Below are positions 55,173 through 64,000 of a stretch of DNA of 64,000 nt, one piece after another; positions within the stretch are counted from its first letter, which is position 1, and each line of letters starts with the position of its first letter. The DNA comes from Eledone cirrhosa. Its lineage: Eukaryota. Below the pieces are notes generated by a model that had not been told where the DNA came from, did no database searches, and saw nothing but the letters and a program-made list of their open reading frames with translations. The DNA is taken from NCBI GenBank assembly GCA_964016885.1, contig OZ024743.1, forward strand, positions 108,996,001 through 109,060,000, in the 5' to 3' direction. A program made the translations under genes and the position numbers.

Positions 55173-56469
55173 AGTTTGTGAGTGGCATAATATATGACAG
55201 AGGAAAAGTAAGATTACAATGAAGTAAGTGGAGGAGATATTAATTGTGTAAGTGATAGCTTTTGGGAATTAGATTGAAATATAGACTAATATAATAGAGA
55301 CATATAACATAAGGTGCGAGGTTGAGGATGAGAAAAATATTGAGGAGAAAATAATGAGAATGACAGGAGGAAAGATGTCTCATTGCAGAAAAAATGATAC
55401 ACAGAAAGAATTAGGAGCATGCCAATAGTTATTTCTAGAATATTTAAAATAATGAAGTATTTGGATATTTGAAAATATTGAGAGAAATAGGTTGAAAAGT
55501 GTATGAGAAGAAATATAGCTGCACAAGAGACAGAAAGGGGGAATATTTGAGAGATAGACTGTAAGAAATTAACATTGGGTGAGAAAGAAATATAAATAGA
55601 GAAATATAGTGGGTGGGTGTGCAAATGTGAAAAAACAATTTAAAACCTTTTATGGTTGCTTTCTTTTACGCGTGAAAATATTATTGCGTGGTAAGTTTTG
55701 ATTAACACTAAGTGACCCTTGCTAAAAATAAACTATGATAAAGGGAATTACGTCAGCGACCACACACCTTTTAATGAGACTCAATTAAGCAAGGTATAGC
55801 GCAGCTAAATACTGAAACTATCTCATTGCAATTATTATGTTTTGGGTTTGAAACCAAAATTGGCATTGTCCACAGAAAATATGCGGTCTTTGTTTTAATG
55901 GGTTAACAGATAACATGACAAAGCCAATATTCAGTCATTTCTACTACATTTCATTAGATAATTTGTTGGCAAATATAACGCAAGCCTGGTTAATAAACCA
56001 CCGACGTTATACTATATTACAACGTCAACATTATAATATGCCGATTTCAATATCATTTACTTTTGTCTGTATCCATAACAGGGGTACTTTGAAACGGTAG
56101 TATATGTCCGATTCCCCTCGGAAATGAAGTTGACATGGGTTGGACTGGTCTGTCTAGATGCTTTTTATCAATGTGTGTGTGTGTAAGCTGGCGTTATCGG
56201 CGGGATTCGCATATCAGAGCAATTATTTAAGTCATCCTGCAATGAGACGGAACAGATAAGCACGGTCTACCATAATGGCATCTGGTTTGAGGTTTTAAAA
56301 TTATCGGTAATTCAATTATTTACCAACACTGAAACTATGCACTGCAAATATTAACATAGTTGTATTAAATGCGCAGAAACCCGGAGAAAATACGGCAAAA
56401 TAGTGTATGCGATTCTGCATACGCTCATCAATTCATTACCGTTTGTCTTTACATATTTATTTATTTATT

Positions 56470-56685
56470 CACGCGTATAGCTCAATGGATTGGTAGAATG
56501 ATTGGATCATGGGACAAAATGCAACATTTATGTACGCACTTTTATGTTCTAAGTTCGAATCCTGCCATGGTCAACTTTGCTTTTCATTCTTCTTGGGTCT
56601 ATCAAATGAAATAACAGTAAAGTTCTGTAGTATATCTAATCCCCTTTCCCCCATCTAAGCTATTATTGCGTGTAAATCAAGAAAC
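56470..56685 (+). mobile_element. Meta-domain-type SINE, diverged
   Basis: gttcgaatcctgccatggtcaactttgcttttcattcttcttgggtctatcaaat. Confidence 0.7.
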
Positions 56686-56711
56686 ATAGACATATACACA
56701 CACAGACACAC

Positions 56712-56742
<31 letters not shown>

Positions 56743-56902
56743 TGGAGGAGGTTATAGTTCACTTGAAGCATTGTGTAATGAGGTATAAACGTTAGAATAT
56801 GTGTAATAAGGCCAAGACAATGCAGATATGGACATAGAAAAAGAATGCAATAGTGAGAGATATTGATGAGAATTCGTCTTTCACCTTGAATTTATTTAAA
56901 TG

Positions 56903-56939
56903 TCCTTAATTTTCGAGATAATATCTCTTCTTCGGAGGG
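56903..56939 (-). ncRNA. Minimal hammerhead motif in PLE pLTR
   Basis: CCT-CCGAAGA-A-GAGATATTATCTC-GAAA-AT-TA-AGG; 4-nt palindromic helix III AATT. Confidence 0.7.
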
Positions 56940-57313
56940 AAGTAAAAGTCTCAGACCAGCGTCTAAATTTCCAATGAAGCCATGCTGACCGGAAATAGTA
57001 TAGAGTTCTAACTTTAATATCAAAGAATTAAAATTAGGTGGGTAAAGAGTAGTCTCCCTTTAAGAGGGGTTTGTTTATGTTTTTGTTGTGTTTTTTAAAT
57101 TTTATATGCGTGCCTGTATATGTGTGTGGGAGAAAGCATGAAGGTGTAGGTATGTGTGTGTGTGAGTGTGGGAAGATAGGTATAATCGTAAAAGTGGGGG
57201 GTAGGTGTTATCTGGTGTTAGAACTGGTTTTGTGTGTGTATGTGTGAGAGAGAATAAGTGGAGGTGTGTGCGTGCGTGTGTGTGGGGTGTGTAAAGTGGG
57301 GCTAGAGGCCCTA

Positions 57314-59896
57314 TCAGGTTATAAATTGGGTGTTGAGCTCTAGTCTATTATTGATTGGTGGATGTGTTCTATCTATAATGAGTGCTTCCTTGATTCTAAG
57401 ATTACCGAGGTTTCTTTCTTTAGTTTCTATCCTAACTGTTATGTTTTTATCAGTGTTTTTGCATTTAACTAGGTGTTTCTTAAATGAGGAAGCGTTAGTA
57501 TTGAGGTGTTCTTTTATTCTTATGTGGAGTGGTCTGGTGGTGCTACCTACGTAGAAGTTGTTGCATTTGTCACACTCTAGTCTGTAAACTACGTAAGCCT
57601 GGTGGCATAGGTCTGTGTCGTTGATGGGGCAGTTGGCTAGTCTGCAGCAGTTGTCATGTCTGGTGGAGTGTCTCTTAGCTAGCCGTCCACGCAAAGAAGG
57701 ACCCGAATGGGCCAGTTGAATATCCAGACCTTCTCGTCTGATGGCTCTGCGGATGGCTGTTGTTGTTTCTTCACTGAAGTGTGGGAGCTTCAGGAAGCAA
57801 GTGTTAGTGCCTCGGGTGTGGTGTCCTCTGTTCTTTCTGGCACGGTTTGTGGTGGATGTCGTGTATCCGTTCAGTTTGAGTACTTCCAGGAAATGTGTGG
57901 TGTGTGTGTCTCGGTCTCTGGCGTCGGTGCATTTGTTCTTGATACGTGCCAGTTCGTTCTTTATGTATCCGAACTTGGCACCGAGTGGGAGGGCCGATCT
58001 GAAATGTACGAACAGGTCCCTGCTGGCGGATTTTTTATAGAAGCAGGTGTGGATGTTGCCTTCCTCTGTTACCCTGAGTTGGAAGTCCAGCAGGGATAGG
58101 GATCCGCGGTCATCGGGGTGTTCTATGCTGAACTTTATACTGGCGTCCATGCTGGAGAATGTTGTGTATATTTTCTCTGCCTCTTCACGGGATGATGTAA
58201 GGATGAGTATGTCATCTACATATCGGGTGAAGAAGGCATGGGAATGGCAGGTGTTGAGGGCTCGGCATTCTAGCTGGTTCATGTAAGTGATGGCCAGCAG
58301 GCCAGAGAGGCTGGATCCCATGGGTAATCCTGTTGTCTGTCTGTATGTGTGGTGGTGGAAGGTGAAGTACGTATTGTCTACTGTGAAGGACAAAAGTTGG
58401 TGTATGTCCGTCGGGTGGAGGCCGTAGCAGTGGATGTTCTCTGCGACCACGCAGTCCGTCAATAAATCGACAGCTGGGTGAGCGGGGACTGTAGTGTAGA
58501 GGGAGACAACGTCGAGGCTAAAAGCGTATTTATTAAGTTTAAGTTGTTCTGGCTGGAGTTGGTGTAATCTACGTATAACTTCGTCGGAGCTACTGACATG
58601 TCCGGGGAAGGTGGAGAGTAGAGGCTTGAGGACCTGGGAGAGAAGCCAGGAAATTTTGTATAGGGGTCCTTCTATGCTAGAGACGATGGGTCTTATATGC
58701 GTCTTAGTGCTATTCTTGTGGGTCTTGATGAGGTGGTAGAAAGTGGGCAGTCTGCTATTTCTAGTGGTGTAGTTGAGTTTAATTTTATTCGGGAGTTGTC
58801 TTCTCCTACAGATATCGAACCAAATGGAGTTGGTCTGTTTTTCGATTTGGGCTGCGGTCATGTCCGGGATCACTGTGTACAGTTCACTGTCGCTTAGGTG
58901 TTCGAAGGCTAGGTTATTGTATGTGGCTTGAGAGATGACGCAGAACTCTTTACCTTTGTCGGATGGTAAGTAAATAAGTTCCTTATTCCGTAGGTTTTTC
59001 AGGGCGAGTTGTTGTGTCCTGGAGAGGTTAGGGGCCATCTTCTTCTGTTTCCGTAAGATGTTAAATACGGAATGTTTTAGTCTCGAGAGTTTATCTTCCA
59101 GCTCGCGGTTGGCGGGCGGTGGATAGAGTGGGCGATCTAGTTGGTATATCGGGAATCTGGGTGTGGTGGATTCCGTGGTGTTGTTGTCGAGAGTCGATAT
59201 CCATTTCAGTTGGTAGGCAGCTCGACAGAAATTCGTTTCTATGTCGAGCCATAGTCTGTCGTCCAGTCTCTGTTTCAATATGAACTTGGGACCCAGGCTG
59301 AGGAGGTCTAATTCCTCTCGGGAGAGGGATCCTGTCAAGTCTGTGACGAGGTGTTTTGCGTCAGGTGTGTTGTTGGTCGGGGTGCCGCTAGGTTCGGTGT
59401 TGGTAACGTATTGTTCGCCTCTGTTGGTGTTTGGCGTTGGGATGTTGTTAAGACAGTTGGCCGTCCTGAGTTTGAGAAATTTTTGTGTTAGGCGTTTTTT
59501 CTCGTAGTCTCGGCGGTGGTGGTATGACCTGTCTATAGTGGCGGAGATGACCTTGGACAGAGGTTCTGGGGTTTCAGCGAGTTGTGGTACAAGGCTGGAG
59601 ATAGTCCGTATGTGATGTTGTAGCGTGCGGTGTAGGTGTTGTATGAGTTTTCTTAGGCAGAATTTTTGTATGTAACTGAGTGATCGTTTGAGGCCTGGTG
59701 AATTGAAGCATGTTGGTAGGTGTAAATTTTTGATGGTTTTGGGAATGATGTTGTTGTTCAGGCATCGTTTTAGGAAATTTATTTGGCAGCCGGCTTTGGC
59801 GCGCTTTTCAGATAGCTGGAAGAGTTTCTTTACAGTTGTCAACTGGGCCTGGCTCAGGCGTAATGAAAGGAGGAGGTTATAGTTCACTTGAAGCAT
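57314..59896 (-). CDS. PLE polyprotein: reverse transcriptase + C-terminal GIY-YIG endonuclease (860 aa, intact)
   Basis: Motifs SDKG, KTHK..RPIVS, SLDVVSLYT, GLPMGSSLS, RYVDD, Cys-rich linker, and VVYRLECDKC..YVGST..RIKEH. Confidence 0.97.
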   Translation of the reverse strand: MLQVNYNLLLSLRLSQAQLTTVKKLFQLSEKRAKAGCQINFLKRCLNNNIIPKTIKNLHLPTCFNSPGLKRSLSYIQKFCLRKLIQHLHRTLQHHIRTISSLVPQLAETPEPLSKVISATIDRSYHHRRDYEKKRLTQKFLKLRTANCLNNIPTPNTNRGEQYVTNTEPSGTPTNNTPDAKHLVTDLTGSLSREELDLLSLGPKFILKQRLDDRLWLDIETNFCRAAYQLKWISTLDNNTTESTTPRFPIYQLDRPLYPPPANRELEDKLSRLKHSVFNILRKQKKMAPNLSRTQQLALKNLRNKELIYLPSDKGKEFCVISQATYNNLAFEHLSDSELYTVIPDMTAAQIEKQTNSIWFDICRRRQLPNKIKLNYTTRNSRLPTFYHLIKTHKNSTKTHIRPIVSSIEGPLYKISWLLSQVLKPLLSTFPGHVSSSDEVIRRLHQLQPEQLKLNKYAFSLDVVSLYTTVPAHPAVDLLTDCVVAENIHCYGLHPTDIHQLLSFTVDNTYFTFHHHTYRQTTGLPMGSSLSGLLAITYMNQLECRALNTCHSHAFFTRYVDDILILTSSREEAEKIYTTFSSMDASIKFSIEHPDDRGSLSLLDFQLRVTEEGNIHTCFYKKSASRDLFVHFRSALPLGAKFGYIKNELARIKNKCTDARDRDTHTTHFLEVLKLNGYTTSTTNRARKNRGHHTRGTNTCFLKLPHFSEETTTAIRRAIRREGLDIQLAHSGPSLRGRLAKRHSTRHDNCCRLANCPINDTDLCHQAYVVYRLECDKCNNFYVGSTTRPLHIRIKEHLNTNASSFKKHLVKCKNTDKNITVRIETKERNLGNLRIKEALIIDRTHPPINNRLELNTQFIT

Positions 59897-60052
59897 TGTG
59901 TAATGAGGTATAAACGTTAGAATATGTGTAATAAGGCCAAGACAATGCAGATATGGACATAGAAAAAGAATGCAATAGTGAGAGATATTGATGAGAATTC
60001 GTCTTTCACCTTGAATTTATTTAAATGTCCTTAATTTTCGAGATAATATAAT

Positions 60053-62617
60053 AACCTCCTCCTTTCATTACGCCTGAGCCAGGCCCAGTTCACAACTGTA
60101 AAGAAACTCTTCCAGCTATCTGAAAAGCGCGCCAAAGCCGGCTGCCAAATAAATTTCCTAAAACGATGCCTGAACAACAACATCATTCCCAAAACCATCA
60201 AAAATTTACACCTACCAACATGCTTCAATTCACCAGGCCTCAAACGATCACTCAGTTACATACAAAAATTCTGCCTAAGAAAACTCATACAACACCTACA
60301 CCGCACGCTACAACATCACATACGGACTATCTCCAGCCTTGTACCACAACTCGCTGAAACCCCAGAACCTCTGTCCAAGGTCATCTCCGCCACTATAGAC
60401 AGGTCATACCACCACCGCCGAGACTACGAGAAAAAACGCCTAACACAAAAATTTCTCAAACTCAGGACGGCCAACTGTCTTAACAACATCCCAACGCCAA
60501 ACACCAACAGAGGCGAACAATACGTTACCAACACCGAACCTAGCGGCACCCCGACCAACAACACACCTGACGCAAAACACCTCGTCACAGACTTGACAGG
60601 ATCCCTCTCCCGAGAGGAATTAGACCTCCTCAGCCTGGGTCCCAAGTTCATATTGAAACAGAGACTGGACGACAGACTATGGCTCGACATAGAAACGAAT
60701 TTCTGTCGAGCTGCCTACCAACTGAAATGGATATCGACTCTCGACAACAACACCACGGAATCCACCACACCCAGATTCCCGATATACCAACTAGATCGCC
60801 CACTCTATCCACCGCCCGCCAACCGCGAGCTGGAAGATAAACTCTCGAGACTAAAACATTCCGTATCTAACATCTTACGGAAACAGAAGAAGATGGCCCC
60901 TAACCTCTCCAGGACACAACAACTCGCCCTGAAGAACCTACGGAATAAGGAACTTATTTACTTACCATCCGACAAAGGTAAAGAGTTCTGCGTCATCTCT
61001 CAAGCCACATACAATAACCTAGCCTTCGAACACCTAAGCGACAGTGAACTGTACACAGTGATCCCGGACATGACCGCAGCCCAAATCGAAAAACAGACCA
61101 ACTCCATTTGGTTCGATATCTGTAGGAGAAGACAACTCCCGAATAAAATTAAACTCAACTACACCACTAGAAATAGCAGACTGCCCACTTTCTACCACCT
61201 CATCAAGACCCACAAGAATAGCACTAAGACGCATATAAGACCCATCGTCTCTAGCATAGAAGGACCCCTATACAAAATTTCCTGGCTTCTCTCCCAGGTC
61301 CTCAAGCCTCTACTCTCCACCTTCCCCGGACATGTCAGTAGCTCCGACGAAGTTATACGTAGATTACACCAACTCCAGCCAGAACAACTTAAACTTAATA
61401 AATACGCTTTTAGCCTCGACGTTGTCTCCCTCTACACTACAGTCCCCGCTCACCCAGCTGTCGATTTATTGACGGACTGCGTGGTCGCAGAGAACATCCA
61501 CTGCTACGGCCTCCACCCGACGGACATACACCAACTTTTGTCCTTCACAGTAGACAATACGTACTTCACCTTCCACCACCACACATACAGACAGACAACA
61601 GGATTACCCATGGGATCCAGCCTCTCTGGCCTGCTGGCCATCACTTACATGAACCAGCTAGAATGCCGAGCCCTCAACACCTGCCATTCCCATGCCTTCT
61701 TCACCCGATATGTAGATGACATACTCATCCTTACATCATCCCGTGAAGAGGCAGAGAAAATATACACAACATTCTCCAGCATGGACGCCAGTATAAAGTT
61801 CAGCATAGAACACCCCGATGACCGCGGATCCCTATCCCTGCTGGACTTCCAACTCAGGGTAACAGAGGAAGGCAACATCCACACCTGCTTCTATAAAAAA
61901 TCCGCCAGCAGGGACCTGTTCGTACATTTCAGATCGGCCCTCCCACTCGGTGCCAAGTTCGGATACATAAAGAACGAACTGGCACGTATCAAGAACAAAT
62001 GCACCGTCGCCAGAGACCGAGACACACACACCACACATTTCCTGGTAGTACTCAAACTGAACGGATACACGACATCCACCACAAACCGTGCCAGAAAGAA
62101 CAGAGGACACCACACCCGAGGCACTAACACTTGCTTCCTGAAGCTCCCACACTTCAGTGAAGAAACAACAACAGCCATCCGCAGAGCCATCAGACGAGAA
62201 GGTCTGGATATTCAACTGGCCCATTCGGGTCCTTCTTTGCGTGGACGGCTAGCTAAGAGACACTCCACCAGACATGACAACTGCTGCAGACTAGCCAACT
62301 GCCCCATCAACGACACAGACCTATGCCACCAGGCTTACGTAGTTTACAGACTAGAGTGTGACAAATGCAACAACTTCTACGTAGGTAGCACCACCAGACC
62401 ACTCCACATAAGAATAAAAGAACACCTCAATACTAACGCTTCCTCATTTAAGAAACACCTAGTTAAATGCAAAAACACTGATAAAAACATAACAGTTAGG
62501 ATAGAAACTAAAGAAAGAAACCTCGGTAATCTTAGAATCAAGGAAGCACTCATTATAGATAGAACACATCCACCAATCAATAATAGACTAGAGCTCAACA
62601 CCCAATTTATAACCTGA
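60053..62617 (+). CDS. PLE RT/GIY-YIG reading frame, open but lacking the first 6 codons including ATG
   Basis: Frame is open from 60047 after an in-frame TAA at 60044. Protein differs from the minus copy at only a few residues (F>S, D>V, E>V, L>F). Confidence 0.85.
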   Translation, partial: NLLLSLRLSQAQFTTVKKLFQLSEKRAKAGCQINFLKRCLNNNIIPKTIKNLHLPTCFNSPGLKRSLSYIQKFCLRKLIQHLHRTLQHHIRTISSLVPQLAETPEPLSKVISATIDRSYHHRRDYEKKRLTQKFLKLRTANCLNNIPTPNTNRGEQYVTNTEPSGTPTNNTPDAKHLVTDLTGSLSREELDLLSLGPKFILKQRLDDRLWLDIETNFCRAAYQLKWISTLDNNTTESTTPRFPIYQLDRPLYPPPANRELEDKLSRLKHSVSNILRKQKKMAPNLSRTQQLALKNLRNKELIYLPSDKGKEFCVISQATYNNLAFEHLSDSELYTVIPDMTAAQIEKQTNSIWFDICRRRQLPNKIKLNYTTRNSRLPTFYHLIKTHKNSTKTHIRPIVSSIEGPLYKISWLLSQVLKPLLSTFPGHVSSSDEVIRRLHQLQPEQLKLNKYAFSLDVVSLYTTVPAHPAVDLLTDCVVAENIHCYGLHPTDIHQLLSFTVDNTYFTFHHHTYRQTTGLPMGSSLSGLLAITYMNQLECRALNTCHSHAFFTRYVDDILILTSSREEAEKIYTTFSSMDASIKFSIEHPDDRGSLSLLDFQLRVTEEGNIHTCFYKKSASRDLFVHFRSALPLGAKFGYIKNELARIKNKCTVARDRDTHTTHFLVVLKLNGYTTSTTNRARKNRGHHTRGTNTCFLKLPHFSEETTTAIRRAIRREGLDIQLAHSGPSLRGRLAKRHSTRHDNCCRLANCPINDTDLCHQAYVVYRLECDKCNNFYVGSTTRPLHIRIKEHLNTNASSFKKHLVKCKNTDKNITVRIETKERNLGNLRIKEALIIDRTHPPINNRLELNTQFIT

Positions 62618-62991
62618 TAGGGCCTCTAGCCCCACTTTACACACCCCACACACACGCACGCACACACCTCCACTTATTCTCTCTCACACATACACACACA
62701 AAACCAGTTCTAACACCAGATAACACCTACCCCCCACTTTTACGATTAGACCTATCTTCCCACACTCACATACACACATACCTACACCTTCATGCTTTCT
62801 CCCACACACATATACAGGCACGCATATAAAATTTAAAAAACACAACAAAAACATAAACAAACCCCTCTTAAAGGGAGACTACTCTTTACCCACCTAATTT
62901 TAATTCTTTGATATTAAAGTTAGAACTCTATACTATTTCCGGTCAGCATGGCTTCATTGGAAATTTAGACGCTGGTCTGAGACTTTTACTT

Positions 62992-63028
62992 CCCTCCGAA
63001 GAAGAGATATTATCTCGAAAATTAAGGA
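62992..63028 (+). ncRNA. Minimal hammerhead motif in PLE pLTR
   Basis: Mirror of 56903-56939. Confidence 0.7.
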
Positions 63029-63165
63029 CATTTAAATAAATTCAAGGTGAAAGACGAATTCTCATCAATATCTCTCACTATTGCATTCTTTTTCTATGTC
63101 CATATCTGCATTGTCTTGGCCTTATTACACATATTCTAACGTTTATATATATATATATGTATATA

Positions 63166-63210
<45 letters not shown>

Positions 63211-63222
63211 GTATATATATAT

Positions 63223-63279
<57 letters not shown>

Positions 63280-63390
63280 ACATGGCATGGCAAGCCACAT
63301 GGTACACTGGAATAGTTTCTTTATTTTCCTCGGAAAAATAGATATTAATCTCGAAATATCAGGATATTTGAGTAAAGTGAAGTAAGAAAA
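63280..63390 (+). mobile_element. Older, diverged pLTR fragment related to the intact PLE
   Basis: ttcctcggaaaaatagatattaatctcgaaatatcaggatattt versus tccctccgaagaagagatattatctcgaaaattaaggacattt. Confidence 0.6.
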
Positions 63391-64000
63391 AAACAAAAAA
63401 CAAGCCCTTTTCCTTACGATTTAGTTATTCTCCGCATTGTCGTGGCTTTCAAACTCCGAATTTCTTTATATATTTATTTATATTGAAAATTGTAAGAAAG
63501 TGAAGGATAAGTAATTTTTATTTAGTCATACATCACTATTAACGCTTAATTATTGCTACAATATCACATCCATTTGCAGGGCAACCGGAGATTATTAGTC
63601 AATAATCATCTCCATAATCGAAGGAATGATGTGATGAACATAAAATGAAACTGGATTTAGTTCAAAATGTGTCAACAATATAAAACAAAATAACGTTTCC
63701 ACTCCATGTTTAATTTTAGAAATAAATTATGAAAAATACTAGCTAATTGTATATATCTACTTTCTATATATATGACAATATTGATCTCCCTCTACATAAA
63801 ATTTATTCTATACATGCATATAACTCTAACGGAAAAAAACCTTCTAAATGCTTTTCAACTCTTTCCCTTATCGCTAACTAAACGATCTACCTTAATCTTA
63901 TAAAAAATAAAAAAAAACTTTAATAAACTCTACTGTAACCAATTCCTAGGTATAGCTAATTTTTCTAGAAAAAAAAAACACAAATAAACCTATAAACTGT

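Larger units (their letters stand above)
56744..60049 (-). mobile_element. Full-length Penelope-like element with direct pLTRs
   Basis: 59871-60049 is identical to 56744-56922 and includes the first codons of the ORF. Intact ORF; left flank is (TA)n. Confidence 0.95.
60051..63146 (+). mobile_element. Inverted near-identical copy of the same PLE
   Basis: Reverse complement of ~56780-59880 with only a handful of substitutions; ends in (TA)n. Confidence 0.95.

Overview
Eukaryotic, AT-rich, microsatellite-dense genomic DNA. The SINE types and the density of (TA)n/(CA)n/(GA)n tracts suggest an octopus or other cephalopod (inference). No host protein-coding gene is supportable. The window is dominated by retroelements. 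(1) 1940-18970: three full-length Tx1-clade non-LTR retrotransposons (CCHC-knuckle ORF1 plus APE-RT ORF2) lie head-to-tail, each bounded by (ATT)n. A related 3' end at ~50.5 kb sits in (ATCT)n instead, and an ORF1 relic lies at 35-36.5 kb. (2) Penelope-like elements (PLEs): a near-perfect ~6.4-kb inverted pair with an intact 860-aa RT/GIY-YIG ORF (56744-63146), a decayed copy (51.7-54.9 kb) and a 1.9-kb fold-back of a PLE 3' end (28.2-30.0 kb). (3) At least a dozen type I hammerhead ribozyme (HHR) motifs, read by eye. Many have greatly enlarged helix II and palindromic helix III. Two sit in non-coding 522-nt and 658-nt repeat units with an inverted-plus-tandem layout, making them retrozyme-like circular-RNA candidates. 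(4) A 5S rRNA-headed composite SINE with a 15-bp TSD, several Meta-domain-type SINEs, a decayed RTE LINE and an internally deleted mariner. All structures were assigned manually, with no database searches or folding software.
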